Virus record (IMG/VR): IMGVR_UViG_3300042731_005759
Coordinates: 64,001 to 128,000 of that record
Length of the DNA stretch: 64,000 nucleotides
Direction: 5' to 3' (one strand)
Origin: a virus
Every line of letters begins with the position of its first letter. Within the stretch, counting starts at the first letter, position 1. This document shows positions 1 to 10,026 of this stretch, piece by piece. The position numbers and the translations under genes are program-made. The notes beneath the pieces are model-generated. The model saw nothing but the letters and a program-made list of their open reading frames with translations. It ran no database searches and was not told the origin of the DNA.

Positions 1-1
1 A

Positions 2-1777
2 GTAAAACCAGTGGACAAAGTACCTGAACCAATCGATCCTGATCAACAACCACCTTTTGTAATCAAAGACGAAGAGGTTACAGTACCAGGTATTCAGAAA
101 CCACCAATCAATGAAATGAAGAAAATAATAATGAAGACTTTGTCTGAGTGTTATTATTTTAAAATGTTAGAGGAAGACTCACCTGTAACATTCAAAAGTT
201 TAAAAGAAAAATTAAAATATTTCCATCCTGCGTTTCATTCAATGACACCTGAAGGTTTAAATGCGAGATTAAACTTTTTACTACAGTGTGTTAGACCAGG
301 GGATACAATACCAATTAAAGGATTACAATCGGAAAATGACCTAAGAGCAAGAAATACAAGTTTTGGTCCACCACCTATTTGTGTGGTAAGGATCGGTGAT
401 TTCTACCATTCAAAAGTTGTTATACGTGATGTCAATATAAATTATGACGAAAGTACATGGGATTTAAACCCTGAAGGTATTGGTGTACAACCTATGTTGG
501 CCAATGTGACACTCCAAGTTAATTTTATTGGGGGTCAAGGTTTATCAAAACCCGTGGAAAGACTACAAAACGCTTTATCATCTAACTTCTTTGCAAATAC
601 AGAGATGTATGACCCACGATCTGTTTCGACATCTAACATTGATGGTAAAACGACTGAAGAGTTTACAAAAGAATTTTTAGAAAGTTTACAAGGTGTAGGA
701 TCGACTACGGGAGATGCTCCATTACCAACAGATATAGAACCTGCGGATAATCAAATCCAAGGTAAGTTTATTGGGGAACAAAGTGATACTGAAATAAGTT
801 ACGGTCAATTAGTTAGTACATTATTCACGGATACGGAAAGTTATTATAATAAGTTCGTACAATCATATGATAATGTCTTAGTTGAATATGGACCACAAGT
901 TCATTCCTTAGTATTTTCACCAAACTATAGAACGGTCAATACCTATACTGTTATGACATCCAATACAGGCACAAGAACAATTAATTTATTTGGGGAGTAC
1001 GATAAAGTAAAAAGTCTTGACAATTATGTGACACAATTAAAAGTTAAGATGGTTTCTGCCATTGAAACTTTAGATGTATCAACAATGTTATCGTTCCACA
1101 AATTTTTATCCCAAGATAAAATTGTAAAGTCTAATGATATCTTGAGACCAAAACTAAGAAAAATGGTTGAAGATAAATTAGATAGTATTTTGAGTAACAA
1201 TTCACTAACTTCTTTATCAGAATCACGAAATAAGGTTATTAAAACTTTAGATAGTCTAAATTACATGACACAATACTATAGTGACGGTAAATTAAATAGT
1301 GGTAACGGTACACAAGCGGACTTATCAGGATTCACATATTCATCATTATACGATGAGTATGATCATTGTATAGACTATTTCGACAAAAATAGTGATAGGT
1401 TTATTTCAAAACTAGATAACACAATAAACTTCAATTCATTGAATGTGGATATCACTGTATTAAGTGAATTATTATCTGTATTATTATATAAAGATGATAA
1501 ATACAAAGAGATAATTGACATCTATAAGGAAGACAGTATATTGTATCCACAGAATATTTTGAATAAGATTGAAAGAAAAGTTGATAGATTCTTTGACAAA
1601 ACCAAAGAAGAAAAAGTTAGAACATCAAGATTTAAAGGAAGAAAGAATGAGGACTCTTTAACCTTTACAATACAGTCTGAACAAGACATAACGAACCCAA
1701 CACAGATGGCGGACTTAGAAAGAGTCCACTCTAAGAAAATTGGTCTCGGATCAACCTTAAATTATTATAGACCGTAA
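2..1777 (+). CDS. Baseplate/tail-tube initiator-like virion protein (5'-truncated by window edge)
   Basis: Frame is open from the window start. PPPICVVRIGDF...VNINYD...WDLNPEGIGVQPMLANVTLQVNFIGG resembles T4 gp48/gp54-type tube-initiator domains; lies directly upstream of LysM and hub genes. Confidence 0.6.
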   Translation, partial: VKPVDKVPEPIDPDQQPPFVIKDEEVTVPGIQKPPINEMKKIIMKTLSECYYFKMLEEDSPVTFKSLKEKLKYFHPAFHSMTPEGLNARLNFLLQCVRPGDTIPIKGLQSENDLRARNTSFGPPPICVVRIGDFYHSKVVIRDVNINYDESTWDLNPEGIGVQPMLANVTLQVNFIGGQGLSKPVERLQNALSSNFFANTEMYDPRSVSTSNIDGKTTEEFTKEFLESLQGVGSTTGDAPLPTDIEPADNQIQGKFIGEQSDTEISYGQLVSTLFTDTESYYNKFVQSYDNVLVEYGPQVHSLVFSPNYRTVNTYTVMTSNTGTRTINLFGEYDKVKSLDNYVTQLKVKMVSAIETLDVSTMLSFHKFLSQDKIVKSNDILRPKLRKMVEDKLDSILSNNSLTSLSESRNKVIKTLDSLNYMTQYYSDGKLNSGNGTQADLSGFTYSSLYDEYDHCIDYFDKNSDRFISKLDNTINFNSLNVDITVLSELLSVLLYKDDKYKEIIDIYKEDSILYPQNILNKIERKVDRFFDKTKEEKVRTSRFKGRKNEDSLTFTIQSEQDITNPTQMADLERVHSKKIGLGSTLNYYRP

Positions 1778-2100
1778 TGAGAGAGTATTTTAACAGATAT
1801 GAGTTCTTTGAAGACAATGGTGAATTTAAGATTGTACCTGGTATCGAGATTCCAATAAGGTCGACCGACAAGTATATACAATACAAAAAGGGTAAAGATA
1901 GGTTGGATAAGTTATCCCAAGAATACTACAACACACCTGTTTTTGGTTGGTTGATTTTACAAGCAAACCCAACCGCGGGTAGTATTGAATTTGAGATTCC
2001 AAACAATTTTACACTTAGAATACCCTTTCCTTTAGTCAATACTCTTCAAGAATATAAAAGGGCGGTAGAATTGTACAACTTGTATTATGGCGAACAATGA
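1777..2100 (+). CDS. LysM-like baseplate wedge protein (T4 gp53 / P2 gpX-like)
   Basis: DRLDKLSQEYYNTPVFGWLILQANP...TLRIP matches the tail-X/gp53 LysM pattern; overlaps neighbours (TAATG coupling). Confidence 0.75.
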   Translation: MREYFNRYEFFEDNGEFKIVPGIEIPIRSTDKYIQYKKGKDRLDKLSQEYYNTPVFGWLILQANPTAGSIEFEIPNNFTLRIPFPLVNTLQEYKRAVELYNLYYGEQ

Positions 2101-5100
2101 TTTATCAAAAAACGAAAACATACTCGTAAAGGTCGATCAGAATAACCTAATCTATATCGATCCAAACAGTATACTTGAAGATGGTGTCGTACAACCAAGA
2201 GCCACTAATGCAGAAAACTTGGTTTCATACGTAAATCTTGAGGCGGATCTAATACCAAGAACTATTTTAAATTCTTCGGGAAACAAAAGTAGTCTAACAA
2301 GTATTGCGAAGGGTACAATAAACTTGTTACAGAATAAAAAGGGAGAATACCTTGATACAGGTTGGACAGAATTGTTTAATCCTTCAAGGATGGACCCAAA
2401 TACTGAAGACATCAATGTAAAAGAACAAGTAACTGATAGTTCAGGACAATCCTTTGGTATGAGTTCGGTATCAATAGAAGTGAAAGGTACCAACTTTATC
2501 CCACGAGTTTCAATAGAATTTATCGACGTGAGGGGTAAAGGGTTATTCGAACACAATAAAAATTCCCCATACCAAGCATTTTTCCATTTACCATGGCCAA
2601 TATTTTATTTAACAGTAAAGGGATACTATGGAAAGGCGATAAGGTACCGATTACACCTTACAGATTTTAATGCAAGATACGATGACCAAAATGGTAACTT
2701 TGTTATCAGTACAACATTCGTCGGTTCAACATACGCATATCTGAATGATATACCTTTAACAGGTATTTTGAACGCACCATACATGTATGGTATAGAAAAG
2801 ACAGAACAAAATGGTTTAAATGAAAAGACAGGGGAGTATCAAATAAAACTCGCTAAAACATCAAAAGGATATCTAACACTTAAATCAATCTACCAAGAAC
2901 TAAGGAGAAAAAACTTAATTGATTTCCCACCTGACGTTAATCCGACTCTACGAGAATTAATTGTTATTGCTAAAAGATTAGATCAACTACTTGAGAATGA
3001 GATTTTCGCTGAGGTTGTAGATATGAGAGTTTTTGCGGCAATTAAAGAATTCGAGGACAATATAAATAACCTTTATAATTCTGTTAAATCGTGGAAAGGA
3101 AGGTACTTAGCGGGGGATTATTTTGAAATTACAGGAAACACTAACAATGTAGAGGAAACAACAAGATATTATTATCTCATAAAAACAGAAGATAACAAGT
3201 TAGAAAACACGAAAGGAACGAAGAGTGGGACCTTAGAACAAATTATTAAGGTTGGTATTGAAAAAATAAATAAGGGACAAAGTTTTACAAGAGAAATGTT
3301 AAGGAAGGACGTAACCTTTAAAAGGAGTACTCTTACAATTAACACAAACAACCCTATACAAGACCTTGATAGTTATATTGATCAATTCGGTGGTAAGTAC
3401 GGTATATCGATTAATAAACTATTGACCGACATACTAAACATTAATAAATCATTCTTAGAAGAAAAGAAAAAGTTTCAAGATAAGGTTGAAGAAGAAATGA
3501 ATAAGATTATTTCTGATCCTTCAAGAGGTATTGGATTTAAACCTACTATACGAAACATTTTTGCGGTAATACTTGCAAATGCGGATGTCTATATTAGGTT
3601 GATGAGAGATGTACACTACCAAGCATACAATCAAAGAGAAGAAAGGAAGAAACGTTTAAGAGGTTTTAATTCAAGTGAAACACCACAAGAGGACGCAATA
3701 TATCCGTGGCCAGAAGTTAAAAAGGAAACCGATGGAAACTCTAAAGTTTTAGCGTACCCTGGTGAAGAAGAACTTATAGGTAAACTTGGAAGTGATGATT
3801 ATTCTTTATGGCCCGAAGTAGGTTTTGTTGAGGAATATATTAGAACCTCCATGAAGATAAATGACACGTTGGCAGAAAAAGAAAAAACCTTTGATAATGT
3901 AACGTTTACCTTCGCAGACACAAATGCGGATGAAAAGATCACAAATAAGATATCGACCGCAGGTACAATATTCAAAACACCTCCGTATATTGATAAGAAC
4001 CTCCCATCAATACTTTATGAAGTTTATGAAAGAAGTCAATTTTTCACATTATATGATACATTTAGTACTGATGTACTGACGGAACTTGCGATACTTGAAT
4101 TCAATAATTTACAGAATTCAATAGAAGAAGATTTCTTTATTGTTGACATACTCAAAGACAGAGTAAATAGTAACTCTAAATTATTAGAGTACTTAGAATC
4201 TTTTTCACCTTTCGAGAGATACCCTTATTACAAAGACAGATTACCTACCACACCATATATTAAAGATATTGATGCGGTACCTTTTAAAATTGAAAGTAAC
4301 GTAGGAGATACAGAAAGAGTACAAACTAGTGGTCTTTATCCAAAATTAGTGGGTGAACTTAAAACATATAGAAGTGAAGATTATAGAACTAAGATATACC
4401 CATTTAATTCAGATACCTACTTAGGATATATAAACAAGACCGAGTTAACCAAAAATGATTTATCGTTAGATGATTATTTAAGTATAGATACGACAAACGG
4501 TTTTATTGTAACACCTATGGATTCTACAAATTGGGTGAACAGTGGATATACGACTAACCTATTTTCAAGGAAATTTGATATAGATGGTACGAATAAAATC
4601 AATATACTAAACACACCTTATTTCCATAAATTATTAAATGAGGAATTTCAAAATGATAGAAGTAAAGGTAAGTACAAAGGGTCGGCATATCTTTTATTAA
4701 ATTCATTACCATTCCATGACTTACACGACACTTTAAATGAAGGTGGTGTTAGAATGTCAAATCTATTTAGAGAAGTTAGTGCGACACATTATGTACCATA
4801 CCATTTAATACTGAAGTGGGGATCCATGTACCATAGGTATAAAACTTTCATTTCAGACGGTACCGATATTATAAATGGAATGGAAACCTCAATAAACGGT
4901 TCGACATATTTTGATAATGGACAAGGACAAACTTTTTCAGGTATAACACATAGTTCACAAACACATGTTGGGGTTCATCCATTATACGAACAATACTTCC
5001 ATCAGATAGTAAATGACTATACCCATTTTGATGGAACACCAACGAGTTATGAATCCGCAATTACAAACTTAGTTTTATATAGGGATGACATAACATCAGG

Positions 5101-7693
5101 TAATGTAAATTACTATACGTCTTTTGTGGATAATAGTAGATTCACTTTCGCGGATAAGAGATTCACTCTCTTACCTTCTCATGGTGGTTCAGATCCAAGA
5201 ACAACGTATTTAACATTTAATGATTCGGAACAATTTAATTTTAGATCCTATTGGGAAAACGATCAAACAGAATTTGTAGTAACAGGTAAAACAAGACCCA
5301 CATACAATCAATACTTCGAAGAGATGGGTTCTAATAATAAAAAAGTAATTGATTTAATTGCAACATTCAATCCACTTATATTAGACGAGTTTGAGGACAT
5401 ATTTTTAAACTTTGCAAGTCAAAGAGTAAGTTCATATGAGAACTATAAACAATACCCAAATTTAGTATATGATAATTTCCAAGATTTACTAAAAGAATTG
5501 GTAAGTGTTGAGAAGAAAGATACTGATGATCTAAGTAGTGATAAGATTAGTTCATTAATAAGTAAACTCAAAACAAGACAAACAGAAAAATTCAAAAGAA
5601 TTACAACTGACATCTTAAACAGTAGAAACTTATTAAAGGTAACAATTTCAAACCCGAGAGAATTAGATCCTAATATAACATTTGGATATGTGGGTGATAC
5701 AGATAGATTTGTATATGGAACATATGATGCATCCCAACTAACAAATAATTCGAAATTTATTGAGTTATATGTGGGTGAAGATATCGATAACTATTATAGT
5801 GAGTTCTTCAGTGTAAGTAATATCGAATTATCAGAATCAAATGTTATACAATTTAGACCACTAATATTAATATATGGTGGTTACAGAAAATCAGGTGGAT
5901 CCGCGAATAGAAACGATTTCGCAACATACGTTGCAACAAATATCAACGGACCAAGTCAAAGTAGACAAGCACACTTCCTAAGAATATTAATAAGAAGATT
6001 CCCCACACTCAAAAGAGTCAAAGACCAAAACAATAATTTAAGAGTTAAGGGTGGTTTCAATGATGACCCACTAAAATTAGAGACATACAATAACCTCAAA
6101 ATGTTTAACGATAGATGGACTTCAGGTAATTCTATTGGACAAAGATTATTATTAGAGGAGTTTTTATTTTTAGATAAGGCGAATAGAGATATTGGAGATG
6201 TATTCTTCATGGATCTGAAAAGACTAATTGGATTAGGAGATTATAAAAATCAATCACTCGAACTATACGGTGTGATATCTCTACTACTTGCAAGGACAAA
6301 CGTCGATTTAAGGGCGTTACCCGCGTATGTGAATTTTTATGGTAATGATTCTACAAGTACTAAAGTAAAACCATCAAACACAATCGCAGATACTCTTTTT
6401 GGTAAGTTCTTGGATGTTGATTTAGAATACTCTACACCAAAAATGTTACTTCAATATATTGGACATACATCCAAACATCTAAACTTAAGTTCGATAGAAA
6501 AAGAATATAAGTACCTAAACGATGGGTTTAATATGGATGATGTGGTATCTAATCCTTTATTAGTTACAAACCCAAGATATTTTGAAACGGAGAACTTATC
6601 TAAGTCTAATAAGGTCGTTGCCTTTGAGGTAAGTTTCGGTGATCAAAACCAAGCAATTTTTAAAGGTATCGGTTTAGATCAAAGTCAATTTAGAAATACA
6701 TTCGAAAGTAACTTAGCGATAGAAAGATTAGCAAGATCAGAAGCGGGTTCAGGAGCATCACAGGTTGATGTTGGGTTATATGACATTTATAGGGCAAGAT
6801 CATATACCTGTGAAGTACAGGCGATGGGTAACGTAATGATCCAACCAACAATGTACTTCCAACTTAAGAATGTACCAATGTTTGAGGGTGCATATTGGAT
6901 TATGGAAGTGAGCCACAATATTCAAAATAATCAAGTAATGACGAGTTTTCGTGGTGTTAGAATACCAAAAGACTCTTTACCTGACCCTAAAGAATCCTTT
7001 ACTGCAACCTATAGAGTGTTGTTTGATAAAATCATGAACGCGGCTACTGCAAGAAACAGTGGTGTGGGTACAACAACAACAGAAGAAATTGTAAGGGGTG
7101 GGTTTATAACCGATAGAGGACCTGAGGAATACAAAATACCTGGTGAAGAATTAATTGATGAGGTGGGTGTTACTGAACAAGGTTTACCATATAATGGACA
7201 CAATGGTGTGATTGGTGTACAAAAAGTGAAATATCAAGGTCAAATATGGTATAGATCAAGAGTCATTAAGATGGGTGGTAACATCGCACCGTTATCTGAC
7301 GACATAGTAATGTCTCTACCAACGAAGTTGAGTGACAGTATAAGTGTTAAACCAAACCAATTAAAATGGGGAGAAATAAAAAATAGTAACAAATATTTCT
7401 ATTCCACACCAATAGACTTTAGTGTGGTAAAAACCACAGACTATTTGATGACAAATTCGAACACACAATTCTTTAATCCATTAAAGAAACTAAATAAGAC
7501 AGTGACGGCGGATTCACAATTAAATAGTGATAATGGAGCAAGATATGTAAACGGTCCTGTAGATTCGGGTGAAAGAGTAATTAAAAGTTCAGAAACAGGT
7601 AATTCAGAATATTTTGGACTTACACTTTCTAAAAACCTCATGAAAGACTTAAAATTAGTCGATGGTGACGTTGTATATTTTAGAATTCAGTAA
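2087..7693 (+). CDS. Large baseplate hub protein (gp27/gpD/VgrG-like)
   Basis: 1868 aa. N-terminal SVSIEVK...RVSIEFIDVRG and C-terminal YTCEVQAMGNVMIQPTMYFQLKNVPMFEGAYWIMEVSHNI match gpD-like hub motifs; synteny after LysM gene. Confidence 0.65.
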   Translation: MANNDLSKNENILVKVDQNNLIYIDPNSILEDGVVQPRATNAENLVSYVNLEADLIPRTILNSSGNKSSLTSIAKGTINLLQNKKGEYLDTGWTELFNPSRMDPNTEDINVKEQVTDSSGQSFGMSSVSIEVKGTNFIPRVSIEFIDVRGKGLFEHNKNSPYQAFFHLPWPIFYLTVKGYYGKAIRYRLHLTDFNARYDDQNGNFVISTTFVGSTYAYLNDIPLTGILNAPYMYGIEKTEQNGLNEKTGEYQIKLAKTSKGYLTLKSIYQELRRKNLIDFPPDVNPTLRELIVIAKRLDQLLENEIFAEVVDMRVFAAIKEFEDNINNLYNSVKSWKGRYLAGDYFEITGNTNNVEETTRYYYLIKTEDNKLENTKGTKSGTLEQIIKVGIEKINKGQSFTREMLRKDVTFKRSTLTINTNNPIQDLDSYIDQFGGKYGISINKLLTDILNINKSFLEEKKKFQDKVEEEMNKIISDPSRGIGFKPTIRNIFAVILANADVYIRLMRDVHYQAYNQREERKKRLRGFNSSETPQEDAIYPWPEVKKETDGNSKVLAYPGEEELIGKLGSDDYSLWPEVGFVEEYIRTSMKINDTLAEKEKTFDNVTFTFADTNADEKITNKISTAGTIFKTPPYIDKNLPSILYEVYERSQFFTLYDTFSTDVLTELAILEFNNLQNSIEEDFFIVDILKDRVNSNSKLLEYLESFSPFERYPYYKDRLPTTPYIKDIDAVPFKIESNVGDTERVQTSGLYPKLVGELKTYRSEDYRTKIYPFNSDTYLGYINKTELTKNDLSLDDYLSIDTTNGFIVTPMDSTNWVNSGYTTNLFSRKFDIDGTNKINILNTPYFHKLLNEEFQNDRSKGKYKGSAYLLLNSLPFHDLHDTLNEGGVRMSNLFREVSATHYVPYHLILKWGSMYHRYKTFISDGTDIINGMETSINGSTYFDNGQGQTFSGITHSSQTHVGVHPLYEQYFHQIVNDYTHFDGTPTSYESAITNLVLYRDDITSGNVNYYTSFVDNSRFTFADKRFTLLPSHGGSDPRTTYLTFNDSEQFNFRSYWENDQTEFVVTGKTRPTYNQYFEEMGSNNKKVIDLIATFNPLILDEFEDIFLNFASQRVSSYENYKQYPNLVYDNFQDLLKELVSVEKKDTDDLSSDKISSLISKLKTRQTEKFKRITTDILNSRNLLKVTISNPRELDPNITFGYVGDTDRFVYGTYDASQLTNNSKFIELYVGEDIDNYYSEFFSVSNIELSESNVIQFRPLILIYGGYRKSGGSANRNDFATYVATNINGPSQSRQAHFLRILIRRFPTLKRVKDQNNNLRVKGGFNDDPLKLETYNNLKMFNDRWTSGNSIGQRLLLEEFLFLDKANRDIGDVFFMDLKRLIGLGDYKNQSLELYGVISLLLARTNVDLRALPAYVNFYGNDSTSTKVKPSNTIADTLFGKFLDVDLEYSTPKMLLQYIGHTSKHLNLSSIEKEYKYLNDGFNMDDVVSNPLLVTNPRYFETENLSKSNKVVAFEVSFGDQNQAIFKGIGLDQSQFRNTFESNLAIERLARSEAGSGASQVDVGLYDIYRARSYTCEVQAMGNVMIQPTMYFQLKNVPMFEGAYWIMEVSHNIQNNQVMTSFRGVRIPKDSLPDPKESFTATYRVLFDKIMNAATARNSGVGTTTTEEIVRGGFITDRGPEEYKIPGEELIDEVGVTEQGLPYNGHNGVIGVQKVKYQGQIWYRSRVIKMGGNIAPLSDDIVMSLPTKLSDSISVKPNQLKWGEIKNSNKYFYSTPIDFSVVKTTDYLMTNSNTQFFNPLKKLNKTVTADSQLNSDNGARYVNGPVDSGERVIKSSETGNSEYFGLTLSKNLMKDLKLVDGDVVYFRIQ

Positions 7694-7720
7694 TTCTATG
7701 GATAATTACCGATTTAGTGA

Positions 7721-7728
7721 TATTTATA
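7721..7728 (+). promoter_or_regulatory. Putative late promoter motif TATTTATA
   Basis: The same motif recurs upstream of 10 structural-type genes in the window. Confidence 0.55.
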
Positions 7729-7743
7729 GTAAAAAGAACAATT

Positions 7744-7947
7744 ATGGATAATTTAAAAATAGGTTCAACACTTGATAATTTCTTAGGAAACAAGTCAGTA
7801 AAAAATTTAAATGAGGACGGTACAGAACAAGAAGTTTGTGACATGAATACTGGTGAATGTTACGTAATTCGTTCAAAAGATGGTATCGTAGAGAGAATTA
7901 ATAAAAGATATATTACCGAAGACGGTAGACAATTATTACAGGATTAA
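7744..7947 (+). CDS. Small hypothetical protein (CxxxxGxC motif)
   Basis: ATG at 7744 after A-rich leader and TATTTATA motif is preferred over the GTG at 7717. Confidence 0.7.
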   Translation: MDNLKIGSTLDNFLGNKSVKNLNEDGTEQEVCDMNTGECYVIRSKDGIVERINKRYITEDGRQLLQD

Positions 7948-7948
7948 G

Positions 7949-8614
7949 ATGAGTTTAGAAAATAAGTTACACGAGGAGTTAGAAAGATATAGAAGTATCA
8001 ATAACTACCAAAAAAGTTTGATCTCTGAACAAGAGGAGGTCTCACCTGAAGATTTACCTACTGGTGACGCACCTGAAGGGGACGCACCCGTTGACGACAT
8101 TCCTGCTGGAGACGCACCTGTTGATGATATTCCTGCGGGAGACGCACCAATTGATGATGCACCTATAGATGACGCACCTGATGCGGATGTTGAGGAAATC
8201 GATATTACTGATTTAGTCAATATGACTCAGAACATCAAAAATGATTTAGATGCTAGTAAATCAAATAATGATGAGGTAATTGGTAAAATGGGTGATTTGT
8301 TTTCAAAATTAGACGACTTAGAAAGTAAACTTTCACAAATGGATAATGTGATCGCAAAGATTGACGGACTCGAGAATAAAGTGGAGACAATGAAAGAACC
8401 AACTCCACAAGAGAGATTAGAGATGAGATCTTTAGATTCATATCCATTTAATCAAAAACCTTCAGAGTTCTTCTCTCAAAAAGAACTTGACATGAAAGCG
8501 AGTGGTAAAAATGAATACGTTATCACAAAACAAGATGTCGAAGATTATAACGACAAAGAGATGAGAGACTCGTTCGTAATGGATAACGACGGAGACAATG
8601 AGGTTGAATGGTAG
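7949..8614 (+). CDS. Acidic coiled-coil hypothetical protein, possibly internal head/scaffold protein
   Basis: 221-aa ORF with acidic DAP repeats followed by a heptad-like segment (LFSKLDDLESKLSQMDNVIAKIDGLENKV). Confidence 0.7.
   Translation: MSLENKLHEELERYRSINNYQKSLISEQEEVSPEDLPTGDAPEGDAPVDDIPAGDAPVDDIPAGDAPIDDAPIDDAPDADVEEIDITDLVNMTQNIKNDLDASKSNNDEVIGKMGDLFSKLDDLESKLSQMDNVIAKIDGLENKVETMKEPTPQERLEMRSLDSYPFNQKPSEFFSQKELDMKASGKNEYVITKQDVEDYNDKEMRDSFVMDNDGDNEVEW
8061..8187 (+). repeat. 15/30-nt period coding tandem repeat (GDAP[VI]DDIPA / DDAP)
   Basis: Repeated gacgcacc(c/t)gttga(c/t)ga(c/t)attcctgc units. Confidence 0.8.
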
Positions 8615-8963
8615 TATTAAGTTCTTTCTTGAACTACAATCACAACTAAAAGTTCTACACTGGCAGACTAAAAGTCATGCAAAACACTTAGCGTTCGGAG
8701 AAACATATGATAAACTCGATGAAATTATCGACTTGTATGTTGAAGTCGCAATCGGAAAATACGGTAGATTCACATTAACAGATGATGACCGAGTTTTAAA
8801 CATTAACAATTTATCTGACATTGATCTAATCTCTATGATTAGTGTTGCGTCTGAGGTTATATCAACTATGGAAATAGACGAAAAAGATACTGACCTTTTA
8901 AACCTCAGAGATGAAATCCTAACTCAAGTCAGTAAACTATCTTACCTACTAACTTTAAGGTAA
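8598..8963 (+). CDS. Ferritin/Dps-like four-helix protein (DUF5856-like)
   Basis: LKVLHWQTKSHAKHLAFGETYDKLDEIIDLYVE...DLLNLRDEIL...YLLTL pattern with HW, H and D/E ligands. Confidence 0.7.
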   Translation: MRLNGSIKFFLELQSQLKVLHWQTKSHAKHLAFGETYDKLDEIIDLYVEVAIGKYGRFTLTDDDRVLNINNLSDIDLISMISVASEVISTMEIDEKDTDLLNLRDEILTQVSKLSYLLTLR

Positions 8964-8991
8964 TTTTTTCCCAAAATATGTAAAATTTGTT

Positions 8992-9022
8992 GTCTGAGGG
9001 GGTTGACTTTCGGACTTTTTTT
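8992..9022 (+). terminator. Intrinsic terminator
   Basis: GTCTGAGGG-GGTTGA-CTTTCGGAC 9-bp stem (3 G-U pairs) followed by T7. Confidence 0.6.
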
Positions 9023-9031
9023 GTGTACCAT
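9003..9031 (+). promoter_or_regulatory. Putative sigma70-like early/middle promoter for SSB-recA block
   Basis: TTGACT-N17-TACCAT ending ~30 nt before the ATG at 9063. Confidence 0.45.
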
Positions 9032-9062
9032 TTTACTACACAATAAAATAAATTTTAAAATT

Positions 9063-9926
9063 ATGACAAATTCAATTGACGCGATTCTTTCTCAGTATGA
9101 GAAAAACACGCAAAGAGCCACAAGTGGCAACCAACTGTCGAATGAAGATCGACTCAAAAAATACTTCACAACTATTTTACCTAAAGGAACTCCGAGTGGA
9201 CAAAAGAGAATTAGAATTCTCCCAACAACAGACGGAACAAGTCCTTTTAAAGAAGTTTCATTCCACGAAATCCAAGTAGATGGTAAATGGATGAAATTAT
9301 ATGACCCTTCACAAGATGGTGACCCTTCACCACTCAATGAAGTACAGAAAGCACTTCTTGCAACAGGTTCTGAAGCAGACAAGGTTAATGCAAGAAACTA
9401 CAGAGCAAGAAAATTCTATATTGTAAAAGTTATCGATAGAGATAACGAACAAGATGGTCCAAAATTTTGGAGATTTAAACACAATTACAAAGGAGAGGGA
9501 CCGCTAGATAAAATTATTCCTATCATTAGAAGTAAAGGTAATATTACAGATGTTACTGAAGGTAGAGATTTAATCCTTTCATTGACACTTACTAAAGCAC
9601 CAAATGGTAGAGAGTATACTACAATCAATTCTATTATTCAAGAAGATAAATCACCTCTTCACAACGATTCAGAAGTTTCAAATGAGTGGACGAATCACGC
9701 AGACACATGGAGAGATGTTTATTCAGTTAAACCTCTTGAATATTTAGAGATGGTAGCGTTGGGTGAAGTTCCAAGATGGGACTCTGAACAAAAGAAATAT
9801 GTTTCACAATCTGAATCTGAAAGTGATTTCGGAGGTGCCAATGTTACCGCACCTGTTGAACAGTCAACAACAACGACTGAAGATCCACAACAGAATCAAG
9901 AAACATCTGACGAACTACCGTTTTAA
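9063..9926 (+). CDS. Single-stranded DNA-binding protein (T4 gp32-like)
   Basis: RIRILP, FYIVKVIDRD, NITDVTEGRDLIL motifs, acidic tail ending DELPF, and position upstream of recA. ATG 9063 preferred over TTG 9003. Confidence 0.85.
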   Translation: MTNSIDAILSQYEKNTQRATSGNQLSNEDRLKKYFTTILPKGTPSGQKRIRILPTTDGTSPFKEVSFHEIQVDGKWMKLYDPSQDGDPSPLNEVQKALLATGSEADKVNARNYRARKFYIVKVIDRDNEQDGPKFWRFKHNYKGEGPLDKIIPIIRSKGNITDVTEGRDLILSLTLTKAPNGREYTTINSIIQEDKSPLHNDSEVSNEWTNHADTWRDVYSVKPLEYLEMVALGEVPRWDSEQKKYVSQSESESDFGGANVTAPVEQSTTTTEDPQQNQETSDELPF

Positions 9927-9936
9927 AGTAGACCTT

Positions 9937-10026
9937 GGGTCCCCCTACCTCGCGGTATTGGTGGAGCTGTAACCGACATACTTTGACCCTATTGTCGGCC
10001 CTATGAGGAACGGGGGACCCTTTTTT
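9937..10026 (+). ncRNA. GC-rich structured intergenic RNA element ending in a U-tract
   Basis: GGGTCCCCC(9937-45)/GGGGGACCC(10012-20) perfect 9-bp stem, inner CCTC/GAGG and CCGACA/TGTCGG helices, T6 after the stem. Confidence 0.55.

Noticed and set aside
9837-10020. Resemblance to an HDV-like ribozyme (CCTCGCGGT loop; GCCAATG at 9837 could pair with TATTGGT)
   Set aside because: P3 would have only 2 bp, the catalytic C-N-R-A junction before P2' is missing, and P1 would lie ~90 nt away inside the SSB coding region.
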